From Euglena gracilis (lineage: Eukaryota), in NCBI GenBank assembly GCA_039621445.1, contig CP154954.1, forward strand, positions 16,386,140 to 16,450,139: a stretch of 64,000 nucleotides of DNA, read 5' to 3'. This document shows positions 1-12,925 of this stretch, one piece after another. The notes under the pieces were generated by a model. The model searched no databases. It saw only the letters and a program-made list of their open reading frames with translations, and had not been told where the DNA came from. Made by a program: the position numbers and the translations under genes. Numbering within the stretch: the first letter of the stretch is position 1; every line of letters begins with the position of its first letter.

Positions 1-3000
1 ATCGAAAAATTCAAAATGTCTCGAGTTGAAAAAAGTAAAGAGGACCGCCTTCCACAACGCCCGATCGATCGGTATGCGCGGTTTGGGCCAACTCCTCGCC
101 TAGCCCGAGATACGGTCGTTTTGTGGTTTTGGGCCAGTTTTGCCAGTTTTGGCCATTTCGGGCCTGTTCCAGGCCCGAAACCGTAAATTGGCCGTATCTC
201 GGGCTAGACGAGGAGTTGGGACCCAAACCAGGGGGTCAATCATGAGGTTTGGGGGGGGGGGGTTGACCGTTTTTTGAGGTTCCCGGGGTCTGGTTGTGCA
301 ATTTTGGGCCAGTTTTGGGTACCCGGGGACCCCTGCGGGGGGTTGGAGGGCGGCTGGGCGAGGGGGGGATGGCAGGCAGGTTGGGACCCAAAATTTTGAA
401 AAAAATTTCTTTCCCTCAAAAACACTTTTTTTCACTTTAGAACATCAAAAAAAGTGTTTTTGAGCCAAAAAAATTAAACCGACCCGGCCCCCACCCCGGG
501 TGCGCCCCCCCCCCCCCCGGCCGGTGGACGTAGCCATTTTTGGGTCAAAAAGTCGAAAAAATTCGAAAAAATTTTTTGCCCAAAACCATGTTTTTTGACC
601 TCCTGGACCCGAAAAAAGTGTTTTCGAGCCGAAAATGAGCGTTTTTGGACCCCCGGCCTCCGTTTTGGGCCCGAAACCAATGGACGTTGGATCATTTTCA
701 TGTCAAAAAAGGAAAATTTCAGGGTCATTTTGGGGTCAAAAAAATCGAAAAATTCAAAATATCTCGAAGACGCGGAGTTGAGATAAAATAAAGAGGAACT
801 CATTCCACAACTTTGGGACGCCCGTTCGATCGGTATGCACGGTTTGGGCCAACTCCTCGCCTAGCCCGAATTACGCCCGTTTTGTGGTTTTGGGCCAGTT
901 TTGCCAGTTTTGGCCATTTCGGGCCCGTTCGGGGCCCGAAACCATAAATTGGCTATATCTCGGACTGGACGAGGAGTTGGGACCCAAACCAGGGGGTCAA
1001 TCCTCAGGTTTAGGGGGGGGGTTTAACCGTTTTTTGAGGTTCCCGGGGTCTGGTTGTGCGATTTTGGGCCATTTTTGGGTATTCGGGGACCCCTGCGGGG
1101 GGTCCGAGGGCGGATGGGCTTGGGAGGTCGGGAGGCAGGTCGGGACCTAAAATTTTAAAAAAATTTTTTTGCTCAAAAACACTTTTTTTCACTTCACAAC
1201 ATCAAAAAAAGTGTGTTTGAGCAAAAAAAAATTCCGACCCGGACTGCCCCCCACATGCCCCCCCCCCCCTGGCTGGGGCCCGCCCCGCTGGCCGGTGGTG
1301 CATTAAGCCATTTTTGGGTCAAAAAGTCGGAAAAATTCGAAAAAAATTGCCCAAAACCATGTTTTTTTGACCTCTCGGACCCGAAAAAAGTGTTTTCGAG
1401 CCAAAAATGAGTGTTTTTCGACCCTCCAGCGCCCCGTTTTGGGCCGCCAACCCATTGACTTTGGGTCAAAACTGGGCCAAAAAAAGTTGGGGAAAATCGA
1501 AAAAACCTTTTTTGCCCAAAACCACGTGTTTTTGCCTCCCAGACCCGGAAAAACTGTTTTTGACCCAAAAATGACCCTGCAATTTCACCAAAAAAAAAAG
1601 ACGGTAGACAACTTTTTTGCTCGGGCATATCTCCGGACTGGCGTGGAGTTGGGGTAACCCAAGGGCTCTGGAGAAACTAGGGATCGTCCCCTAACCTATT
1701 GGCTATTCACTTTGGGGGCCAGGAAATCCAATCACATCGATAATCCTCGGGGGTCCTTGCCTACCCAGGGAGGGGGGGGCGGGGGGCGGGGGGGGGGGGG
1801 CGGGGTGGGGGGGCGGACCCCCCCCTCCGGCCCCGGTGGTAAGCTTCGCTCTTACTCTGAAGAGATAAGAGCTCAGCGGCCAGGGTGTGACGTAGAGCTG
1901 AGCTCTTTGGGAGACCACCCTGGCCCGGCCCGGCCCGGCCCGGCCCGGCCGGCGGCTCGGCGGCCCAACCCAGGCCAGATACGGGGTTGAAAAACACTCA
2001 TTTTCGGGTCAAAAACACCCTTTCCTGGGTCTGGGAGGCAAAAACACGTGGTTTTGGGTAAAAAAAAATTTCGATTTTTTTTGACTTTTTTGACCGGAAA
2101 ATGACCCAAAGTCCAAAGGATTCGGGCCAAAAACGGGGTGCTGGCGGGTCGAGTGGCGCTCATTTTCGGCTCAAAAACACTTTTTCTGGGTCCGGGAGGC
2201 CAAAAAACATCATTTCGGGCAAAAATTTTTTTGATTTTTTTCGACCTTTTTGACCCGGTTTTGACCCAAAGTCCTTAAGATTTGGGCCCAAACCGGGGCT
2301 GGCGGGTCAAAAAACGCTCATTTTTTGGCTCAAAAACAGTTTTTCCGGGTCCGGGAGGCCAAAAAAAAAATGGTTTTGGGCGAAAAAAAACTTTCGATTT
2401 TTTTCGACTTTTTTTGGCCGAAAACGGCTAAGTGGGGATTGCAGGTCATTTTGGGGTCAAAAAATCGAAAAATTCAAAATGTCTCGAAAACGCTGCGGAG
2501 TTGAAAAAAAGTAAAGAGGACCGCCTTCCACAACGCCCGATCGATCGGTATGCGCGGTTTGGGCCAACTCCTCGCCTAGCCCGAGATACGGTCGTTTTGT
2601 GGTTTTGGGCCAGTTTTGCCAGTTTATGGCCATTTCGGGCCTGTTCCAGGCCCGAAACCGTAAATTGGCCGTATCTCGGGCTAGACGAGGAGTTGGGACC
2701 CAAACCAGGGGGTCAATCATGAGGTTTGGGGGGGGGGGGTTGACCGTTTTTTGAGGTTCCCGGGGTCTGGTTGTGCAATTTTGGGCCAGTTTTGGGTACC
2801 CGGGGACCCCTGCGGGGGGTTGGAGGGCGGCTGGGCGAGGGGGGGATGGCAGGCAGGTTGGGACCCAAAATTTTGAAAAAATTTCTTTCCCTCAAAAACA
2901 CTTTTTTTCACTTTAGAACATCAAAAAAAGTGTTTTTGAGCCAAAAAAATTAAACCGACCCGGACCCCGCCCTGGCTGCCCCCCCCCCCCCCCCCGGCCG

Positions 3001-6000
3001 GTGGACGTAGCCATTTTTGGGTCAAAAAGTCGAAAAAATTCGAAAAAAAAATTTGCCCAAAACCATGTTTTTTGACCTCCTGGACCCGAAAAAAGTGTTT
3101 TCGAGCCGAAAATGAGCGTTTTTGGACCCCCGGCCTCCGTTTTGGGCCCGAAACCAATGGACGTTGGATCATTTTCATGTCAAAAAAGGAAAATTTCAGG
3201 GTCATTTTGGGGTCAAAAAAATCGAAAAATTCAAAATATCTCGAAGACGCGGAGTTGAGATAAAATAAAGAGGAACTCATTCCACAACTTTGGGACGCCC
3301 GTTCGATCGGTATGCACGGTTTGGGCCAACTCCTCGCCTAGCCCGAGTTACGCCCGTTTTGTGGTTTTGGGCCAGTTTTGCCAGTTTTGGCCATTTCGGG
3401 CCCGTTCGGGGCCCGGAACCGTAAATTGGCTATATCTCGGACTGGACGAGGAGTTGGGACCCAAACCAGGGGGTCAATCCTCAGGTTGGGAGGTCGGGAG
3501 GCAGGTCGGGACCTAAAATTTTAAAAAAAATTTTTTTGCTCAAAAACACTTTTTTTCACTTCACAACGTCAAAAAAAGTGTGTTTGAGCAAAAAAAATTC
3601 CGACCCGGACTGCCCCCCACATGCCCCCCCCCCTGGCTGGGGCCCGCCCCGCTGGCCGGTGGTGTATTTAGCCATTTTTGGGTCAAAAAGTCGGAAAAAT
3701 TCGAAAAAAAATTGCCCAAAACCATGTTTTTTGACCTCTCGGACCCGAAAAAAGTGTTTTCGAGCCAAAAATGAGTGTTTTTCGACCCTCCAGCGCCCCG
3801 TTTTGGGCCGCCAACCCATTGACTTTGGGTCAAAACTGGGCCAAAAAAAGTTGGGAAAAATCGAAAAAACCTTTTTTGCCCAAAACCACGTGTTTTTGCC
3901 TCCCAGACCCGGAAAAACTGTTTTTGACCCAAAAATGACCCTGCAATTTCCCCAGAAAAAAAAGACGGTAGACAACTTTTTTGCTCGGGCATATCTCCGG
4001 ACTGGCGTGGAGTTGGGGTAACGCAAGGGCTCTGGAGAAACTAGGGATCGTCCCCTAACCTATTGGCTATCCACTTTGGGGGCCAGGAAATCCAATCACA
4101 TCGATAATCCTCGGGGGTCTTGCCTACCCAGGGAGGGGGGGCGGGGGGGGGGGGCCGGGGGGGGGGTGGGGGGGGAGGGTCGGACCCCCCCCCTCCGGCC
4201 CCGGTGGTAAGCTTCGCTCTTACTCTAAAGAGATAAGAGCTCAGCGGCCAGGGTGTGACGTAGAGCTGAGCTCTTTGGGAGACCACCCTGGCCCGGCCCG
4301 GCCCGGCCCGGCCCGGCCAGCGGCTCGGCGGCCCAACCCAGGCCGGATACGGGGTTGAAAAACACTCATTTTTGAGTCAAAAACACCCTTTCCTGGGTCT
4401 GGGAGGCAAAAACACGTGGTTTTGGGTAAAAAAAAATTTCGATTTTTTTTGACTTTTTTGACCGGAAAATGACCCAAAGTCCAAAGGATTCGGGCCAAAA
4501 ACGGGGTGCTGGCGGGTCGAGTGGCGCTCATTTTCGGCTCAAAACACTTTTTCTGGGTCCGGGAGGCCAAAAAACATCATTTCGGGCAAAATTTTTTTTG
4601 ATTTTTTTCGACCTTTTTGACCCGGTTTTGACCCAAAGTCCTTAAGATTTGGGCCCAAACCGGGGCTGGCGGGTCAAAAAACGCTCATTTTTTGGCTCAA
4701 AAACAGTTTTTCCGGGTCCGGGAGGCCAAAAAAACATGGTTTTGGGCGAAAAAAATCTTTCGATTTTTTTCGACTTTTTTTGGCCGAAAACGGCTAAGTG
4801 GGGATTGCAGGTCATTTTGGGGTCAAAAAATCGAAAAATTCAAAATGTCTCGAAAACGCTGCGGAGTTGAAAAAAAGTAAAGAGGACCGCCTTCCACAAC
4901 GCCCGATCGATCGGTATGCGCGGTTTGGGCCAACTCCTCGCCTAGCCCGAGATACGGTCGTTTGTGGTTTTGGGCCAGTTTTGCCAGTTTTGGCCATTTC
5001 GGGCCTGTTCCAGGCCCGAAACCGTAAATTGGCCGTATCTCGGGCTAGACGAGGAGTTGGGACCCAAACCAGGGGGTCAATCATGAGGTTTGGGGGGGGG
5101 GGGTTGACCGTTTTTTGAGGTTCCCGGGGTCTGGTTGTGCAATTTTGGGCCAGTTTTGGGTACCCGGGGACCCCTGCGGGGGGTTGGAGGGCGGCTGGGC
5201 GAGGGGGGGATGGCAGGCAGGTTGGGACCCAAAATTTTGAAAATTTTTTTTCGCTCAAAAACCGTAAAAACCAAGAGCCAAAAATGAGTGTTTTTCGACC
5301 CTCCAGCGCCCCGTTTTGGGCCGCCAACCCATTGACTTTGGGTCAAAACTGGGCCAAAAAAAGTTGGGAAAAATCGAAAAAACCTTTTTTGCCCAAAACC
5401 ACGTGTTTTTGCCTCCCAGACCCGGAAAAACTGTTTTTGACCCAAAAATGACCCTGCAATTTCCCCAGAAAAAAAAGACGGTAGACAACTTTTTTGCTCG
5501 GGCATATCTCCGGACTGGCGTGGAGTTGGGGTAACCCAAAGGCTCTGGAGAAACTAGGGATCGTCCCCTAACCTATTGGCTATTCACTTTGGGGGCCAGG
5601 AAATCCAATCACATCGATAATCCTCGGGGGTCTTGCCTACCCAGGGAGGGTGGGGCGGGGGCGGGGGGGGGGGGGGGGGGGGGGGGTCGGACCCCCCCCC
5701 TCCGGCCCCGGTGGTAAGCTTCGCTCTTACTCTAAAGAGATAAGAGCTCAGCGGCCAGGGTGTGACGTAGAGCTGAGCTCTTTGGGAGACCACCCTGGCC
5801 CGGCCCGGCCCGGCCCGGCCCGGCCCGGCCGGCGGCTCGGCGGCCCAACCCAGGCCGGGGACGGGGTTGAAAAACACTCATTTTCGGGTCAAAAACACCC
5901 TTTCCTGGGTCTGGGAGGCAAAAACACGTGGTTTTGGGTAAAAAAAATTTCGATTTTTTTTGACTTTTTTGACCGGAAAATGACCCAAAGTCCAAAGGAT

Positions 6001-6002
6001 TC
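1..6002. repeat. Head-to-tail tandem array of a ~2.4 kb unit (units start ~1, ~2463, ~4830; third unit internally deleted and truncated), built from diverged ~750 bp sub-repeats
   Basis: ATCGAAAAATTCAAAATGTCTCGA and the following kilobases recur almost identically at 1, 2464 and ~4830. A diverged sub-repeat starts at ~744. Unit 2 lacks ~100 bp near 3487; unit 3 skips ~1 kb near 5260. Confidence 0.95.
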
Positions 6003-6234
6003 TGACAATTCATTGGGGGGGTCAATGTCCCCGAGGAGTTGCGGAGGTCCCCAGAAACAACCTCACATTAATTTTTCCACGGACACTATCAGCACCTGCC
6101 TGGTGGCGTGGACCACCGATCCACCTTCTCCTTTCCTCCCAAAACCTGACCTGCTGATTTTGCACAATTCTGAAGAGGCATACCCCCCCTTCAATTTGCG
6201 ACGGACACAAACCCAAGGTATGTCAAGGCCCTAC

Positions 6235-6649
6235 TACCCCCCCCCCCTAGTCGTATGACCGGGTTCCTGCAGCCTGTGACCGGGGGGGGTGGTCATAACA
6301 CCCCCATAACCTGCAACCTGTGACCGGGGGGTGGTCATAGATGAGGGGGCGGTCGTAGAAGTGTGTGAAAACTGTCGCAAAATGGCAGATTTACCCCCCC
6401 CAAAATGTCCCATTTTTCAAAAATCCGGCGCTTCGCGCCGGCAGGGGGGACCTTATTTTGGGGGGGTCCATTTCATGGATTTTTGCTCGGACCGGCCAGG
6501 GGGGGGACTTATTTTTGGGGGTTAAATTTTTCGCAACCTGCAACCTGTGACCGGGGGGGGTGGTCATAACACCCCCATGACCTGCAACCTGTGACCGGGG
6601 GGTGGTCATAAATGAGGGGTGGTCGTACGACTAGGGGGGGGGGGGGGTA
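6235..6649. mobile_element. MITE with internal ~40 bp tandem repeats
   Basis: TIR TAC(n)TAGTCGTATGACC / GGTCGTACGACTAG(n)TA, with CTAC on both flanks (6231-6234, 6650-6653). Internal CCTGCAACCTGTGACCGGGG repeats. Confidence 0.8.
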
Positions 6650-8345
6650 CTACCGATACTAAATGCCTGACTTTGCTGCGGTGGCCTGACTACCGTGTCG
6701 ACATAGTGGTGCCCTGATTCACATTGGTGTGAAATAACACGTGTGGCCCACACTGTCCATCGGCTGGGGAGAGGCCAATGGCAAATAATCGCAGAAGGGA
6801 GCCAACATTGCTGCCCAGAATCCCCGGAAAGGGAAATTTCCCCTGCGGATTCGAGGAGTGGCTGGGGTTCTCAGCAAGACGGGCTGTCCTGGCACGGTGG
6901 ACAGGCCACGCGTGGCACAGGGCGGGGTGCTAATGGGTCAAAAAAAAGCCAATACTGGGGGAGGGCAAGAGAGACAGAACCACATGGGTTGGCACAGTGG
7001 CAGCACAGGGTTGGCTTGTCTCATATTCATATGCAAAATTTGCAATTTGCCACCCCGGTGCCTGTGCATTGCCTTTCAGGGTTTCTCCTGTTTCCGTGCT
7101 GGCCGAGGCCAAAATGTATCCGTGATTTTCAGTGATTTTCCGTGAATTTCCTTTTTTTATTTTTTTTAAAAAGTCAAAAATCATATTCCATATCAAATCA
7201 TATCCCTCTGCCTCATCCGTGAATATCCGTGAATTTTTGCGATTGCTGTAAAAATGGTCTCCCGCCTTTTTCCGTGATCCTCCATGAATTTCAATTAATT
7301 TCCTTTTCAGGAAGTGGAAGGATCCCTGTGCTATTACGCCGTTGAAAAACGATTCTCTTCGTTTCACATCATCACCAAGAAGGAAAAATTACTTTTCCAA
7401 TTACAAATAAATCACATCACCAGAAAACTTAAAAAAGCATGGGGGTAGGTCGGTGCGAAAAAGAATTAGCCTCCTCCAAAAAAACTGGTGACTTAATCCT
7501 GAGGACATTCGGAGGAATCGTTTCTGATTGAAGCGAGCAATGCTTCTGCTTGAGCAGTGTTCAGTGGTGGTCCTGCCCACCCCGGCATGCCAACTGTAGG
7601 TTGCATGCTGGTCCGCCTGTATGGAGGCAAAAAAAGAACAGCGCACGAACGTAGAAATTGAACATCACAAGTATTAGCAAAACCTTTTTCAAAATTGCTG
7701 AAGAGTTGGGGAAAGACTTCAGAACGGGTGGCTGATGTTTCTTTGGGTGAACATCTGGAAAAGAATTTTGATTTTCGCCGAAATAATGGTGACACCACTT
7801 TTCAAAATACATTGTTCAGAGTTTCATCAGAGAATGCATCGTCCATTCATTACAATACATCGTCCAGAATCAAATATTTCATATCTGAAGAATTAAAGCA
7901 GACAACAAAACGTCATTCCTTTCCCCGTCCAGCCTCACCCCTGTGACTCTCCAGTCCACAAGGGGACAGTTGGTGCAGCAAAAGTATTGAAACCACCGCG
8001 GGTGCCATTCACACAAGGGGGGGAATTTCGGACCAGGAAACAGCATTTTGCAATCCAGCGAAGCAACCCTGGCATCTTCTCTCTCTGCCTGTGGTGTGAG
8101 TTGACCGAGTCAAAATTGGCCAAGGGGCCAAACGGTGCGACTGTGTGTGTGGTGACTGCAGGCGAGAGGGCTGCGAAGTGTCCGCTAGGCAGGAACCCCG
8201 CGCCAGTTAATCCTAACCAGGCCACTGAAGCCTGGGTTTGGCTGCGCAGGGCAGGCTCCACACCGTAGGGCAGGGAGGTGCTTGACCCGGGTTTGGGGGG
8301 GAGGGGGTGGTGTTGAGTGCCAGGCAATCCGACCTGAACCTGGAG

Positions 8346-8607
8346 CAGAGTTTTTTTAAAGCCGGGGGGGGGGGGGGGCCCCCCCCGCCCACCCACCCCC
8401 TGGGCCACCCGGGGGGGGGGGGGTTCCGGAGCCACTCAAAAATCGCGGGAAATTCCAAAAATAGCACCTTTTCAAAAACTCTCGGCGCCTTCGGCACCGA
8501 AAAGTATATCCCACTCCCCCCTAGGGGCCCGGGGGGGGGGGGGGGGGCTCAGCCGGACCCACCCACCCTACCCCCCCCCGGGGGTCCACGACTAAAAAAA
8601 ACCCCTG
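8346..8607. mobile_element. hAT-type MITE
   Basis: CAG...CTG termini (CAGAGTTTTTTT / AAAAAAACCCCTG) and perfect 8-bp TSD ACCTGGAG (8338-8345, 8608-8615). Confidence 0.85.
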
Positions 8608-9504
8608 ACCTGGAGGAAGTTGGAAGTTCAGTGCCAAAATGTGCACATTTTCTGAGTGGTGCTGTAGCAAACCCGTCAGTGTGCCTAATGTGGTGCCCAG
8701 GAGCCTGATTCTCACAAACCAAGGGGTGGGGAGCGGAGTTCTGGGTGCTGTCCAGGGAGACACCCCCCCCCTCGGTTGCAGCTTCTCCCCCTTGAACTTG
8801 ACACGCCAAAATACGGGTGAAATGCGGCCAATAAGGCGCCAGTGTATGAATGTTGCGCCTTAATATCGAGCCTGATAATAAATTTGGCTGGAGGAACATC
8901 TAGTTGTCCAGATTTTCAGCAGTCATTTTTCTGCCTCACGTCAATGTCCTGACATTTTCAGTTCGAACGAAAACAATGGATAAAAAAAATTCGCCAAAAC
9001 AGAAACCACCACTTCAGCACAGGGGAGAGAACAATGGGATAAAAAAAATAATTCCTGCAGACAGAAGCCACCACTTCAGCATGAGAGAGGGTGACGAACG
9101 AGTCAGTCGCTCAGAGATTTTAAAAAAAAAGCATCACATCGGTCAGCCACCTCCCTCACATGAAAATAACCCGTTGGGAAAATACACTCTGGGGTGGGTC
9201 ACCTCGCAGACAGCCTGAGGAAGCCTCAGCAAGCTGGAAAGCGTTGGGAGAGGATATCCCACCATCCTTTCCTGCCCCTTGGTTCCATCTTTACCCAGCC
9301 TCCCCACTCCGGAAACTGTCCCCAGACAAATCAGCAAGCACCGATGTAGGAGGCAGGCCAGCAAGTACGGAGAGGGGGGGTGAGGCTGGGTGACAGGGAA
9401 AAAAGTCAAAAAAAATTCGACCGCCGGCAGACAGAAAATCCGACAACACAATTTTTCGCAAGTTTGGGATAAGCTTGAAAGCAATGTTCGGAGTTTTTTT
9501 CAAC

Positions 9505-9888
9505 TCAGGAATCTGCTTCTTCAAGAAATAAGTGAAAAATTTCAAACAATCGTTGGGAGACAAGATGCGGGGAGAGAGGAGGACAGGTGCCCCCAATGAA
9601 GACAGGTTGGCGAATATGGAGGGAAGAGAACAGGCTCCCTGGGGGGATTCCAACCTCAGAGTTTTTCAAAGGAACTTCATTGAATTTTAACCTCGACATG
9701 TTGGCCAGTATCTGGGGACCTGGCAGTTTCGTTGGTGGGCTGCTGACAGGTTCTCGGTCATGACAGCTTACTGAGAGGGGGGTGACGGCCAATTCTTCGA
9801 CCCATTTCTGGAAACGTCTTTCTGCAACCAAGCTCCAAAACTTTGGAAATTCTGCATCATGCCCTTGCTCCAACTTTACACCTTCCAC
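9505..9888 (-). pseudogene. Possible decayed hAT transposase C-terminal (dimerisation) fragment
   Basis: FW...LAVTPLSVSCHDR...LANMSRLKFN loosely matches the hAT C-terminal pattern (FW..P.ss...ER.fS...l.nl..l..N). Visual resemblance only. Confidence 0.3.
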
Positions 9889-11522
9889 CCAGAATGGGTT
9901 GGAAAAGAAACCTCACGAACATTTTTTTCCAACCTCTGCAAACCGCCGCTAATCAGACCACCACCGCCACCCCCATTTCCAAGTCAGGTCTGGTTGCAAG
10001 GAAGGAGCGCTCAAAAGGCATGCTAGGTTGCCCACCAATCGCACTCTGTTCTCTGGGAGAGAAAACATATAACAGGGCCATGACAGGCATGCATGTGAAT
10101 GAGCCGCGCGTCGGAGAGGGGTTGGACATTGCACAGCAGCTCTCCACTGGACCAGGCGTAAGCTACATCCCCACAGGGAAAAATTAGGGGGAAAGATGGG
10201 AAATAATTCCAAGCTTCTTTTTACCAAACTCTGGGGGAGGGGATGCCTAGCAGGCTTCAGTTTACCAACTCTGGGGGAGGGGGGGGGTCGGTCCTGTAAT
10301 AAAAAAAAAGCGCTTACCTGTACCGGTGGTGCAAGCTTCCTTCAAAAATCTTGGAAGGGTCATTCGTCAGTGAAGAGGCAATACACAACACAGCAACAGA
10401 AAATAGACGCCGACACACCAGCGTTGAGGCAGAAGTTGACGCCATCCCAACTCAAGCAAGGTCAGGTATTTTGATATGTCTACATTATACTGCTGCTCCG
10501 ACAGCGCCTGGGTTAAGTAGTTCTGCAATAAAATTGGCTAGGTGGTATGACCTCCAGGGGGCTGGGAGCCATGGCAGGAGGTGGGCGATTTTGACGGTGT
10601 CACAATTTGGACCTTACACTGGCATGGATTCTGTGTCTGTTGCAGGAGGATCAAAAGAGCTCATGCATAGTGTGTGGATGAAGAGCAAGAAAAAAAAACT
10701 TTCTGTTTCATTGGCCTCACAATTACGGGATGCGATCAGAACAGTGACGGGTTTCTTCTTCCGCTAAAAGCCGGGTTGAACAGACTGACTATTCATTTGC
10801 AACTCAACCACTGCGGAAATGCGGCACGACTCACCTGGTGCCACGTCCAATTTTGACGGCAAACCATCCGGCACCCTTTGAAACCTGGCACGTGTACTCC
10901 ACCACAATTCTGTCAACAGAAAATGCTCGAGATTTTGTTGTTAAAATCATTCTTTGGGGTTGTAACGAGCAGATTTTTTCCACACATCCTGAGTAATTGT
11001 CCCGTTATGCAAATTAAGCTGAGATGGTGCCAAATCGAACGCTCTTATTCTGTTGTGCCGGCAAAAGTTCTCTGATGCGATAAAATCCATGTTCCTTTGC
11101 GCAATTGCACAAAAGAACATAGCACAAACATTCCAAGAAGAATGTACAATTGTTAAACTAACACACTGAACCTTTTTTTTGTTTGGGCACTGCAAATTCT
11201 GTAATGATGTCGCAAAGCAGCCGGTCCCACCGTCGCGGTATGCGGACTACGCCTGCCTCTGCCAAAATGGGGAAGATCCTGGGCAGATGCGTCCAGGAGC
11301 ACTTCGTGGAGGGCTATGAGGTGTTTGTGGCCAATGCCCAGATGACCCCTACTGAACTTAATCATCCAGATGCCCACACCCAGGTCCTGCTGATTACCAA
11401 CAGCGCCTGCTTGGAGTACCTGCTGGTGGAGTTGTGATGGCAGCTGCGACTCAACTGGACAGAGTTGCTGCTGCGGGATGCCTAGGTCCTGTACCGTACA
11501 GTGCGCCACCGCGACTGCCCTA

Positions 11523-12925
11523 CAGGTTGCCAACACAAAAAAACATACCCCCCCCCTGACAGCACAAAAAAACATACCCCCCATCTGGTGAGTAAAGCTA
11601 TAAGCAGCAATGCGGCGAATCAAGCGCTGGATTTGCCGCGAATGCAACCGTCATGCAAAAGGGCGGGGTATGGGAAGGTCAGTAGTGGGTGTGTCCACCG
11701 CGAGCCGCAATGACAGCCCGCATGCGGTTAGGCATGCTGTCATAAAATGCTTTGACCTGTTCGGGGGAGATTTCTGCGAAGGCAGCTTGCAGAGCCGACC
11801 ACAAATGGTCTTTGCCCGCAAACACATGCCCACGCAACTTGTGCAGCACCATGGCGGAAACGCCTGGTGTTTGCACGCCAATATTCGACATATTCACAAT
11901 CCATTGTGCAGGACTGCGGGCTACCGCTTCCAGCAGGACGGGGCTTCTCCCCACCGTGCGCGGAGTACCACAGCGTGGATGAGGTGGAAGCGAGTGCTGC
12001 GCTTCAACGGAGGGGTTTGGCCACCACAGTCGCCAGACCTTAACCCCATTCGGACTTACCGGGGAGCTGCTGCATGAGGCTGAACGGCGCGGCCATGTGG
12101 TTTGGGGGGGGGGGGGCGGTGGCGGAGGCTAGCCGGAGAACCCTGTCAGGGGAAGAGCAGGGGTGGTTAGGCCTGAGATCTCTGGTCTCCAGGGAAACCA
12201 CGGGCTGGCACCCCGTGCCCCCTTTTTGCTAGGGGAAAGAATTGTTACCAAACCCAAACTGTTCACCGAGGACAGTAATGGCTTCCTTGCTGCGGTTTGG
12301 CAGCACAAGCCCGCCTTCCGTAGAATTGTACGGATGAATTCTGGAGATGGTTTTGGCGGTATCTGAAATTCACAAAAAAAGCATATGCATAACGATTGAC
12401 AAACACGCCTTAACCACTGCCCCTGCTGGACGGGCTAACAATGCGGTGCTAACTCGGAGGAAATGCTCGTCGGCGATTTGTTTGCAACTCCAAAAAAGGG
12501 TTTTTCATTGCCACTTTTAATACACCTCTTCGAAACCTGTGGGAATTAAGGAATGGAATATAATTTATTGCAAACGTCGCACACCGTTCTGAATATTTCT
12601 TTGCCTTTTGCTGATTGGATCCCGATCCAACTTTGCGATCAAGCGTGCCGCGTTCTTTGAATCTGGATGCCATACCTGGGATAAGTGGCTGGTGTGAATT
12701 GTGTACAAGCTGGGTATATACCTTGCACTGTAGCTTTGGATATTTTCTCATGATTTGCAATCTTATTGAGCGACCAGGGTGGAACAAAAGAGAGATACGT
12801 CTCCACGCGCTTGCTTAAAGCCGCTCTGTCGGCAGTGCTCATTTTTGGGGGCATGAGAGCAACTGGGGACAAAATGGAAAGGGGAATTTGCTTTTGGGGG
12901 GTATGTTTTTTGTGCTGGCAACCTG
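11523..12925 (-). mobile_element. Tc1/mariner (Tc1-like) DNA transposon, defective and internally rearranged
   Basis: TIR CAGGTTGCCARCACAAAAAA(A)CATACCCC at both ends with TA flanks (11521-22, 12926-27). Minus strand has an HTH-like N-terminus (KIANHEKISKATVQ; RFKERGTLDRKVGSG) and C-terminus SMPNRMRAVIAARGGHTHY. The catalytic segment FQQDGASPH..WPPQSPDLNPI is on the plus strand. Confidence 0.92.
12051..12259 (+). mobile_element. 5'-truncated non-LTR retroelement-like 3' fragment nested in the Tc1
   Basis: Nearly identical to 25822-26030 and ends in CCAAACCCAAAC tail repeats. Confidence 0.65.

Noticed and set aside
1-6002. Many 60-200 aa ORFs in the array; also an rDNA spacer or 5S/SL RNA array
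   Set aside because: The ORFs are K/F/G/P-rich products of homopolymer runs and are broken differently in each unit. I recognised no rRNA, 5S or SL sequence.
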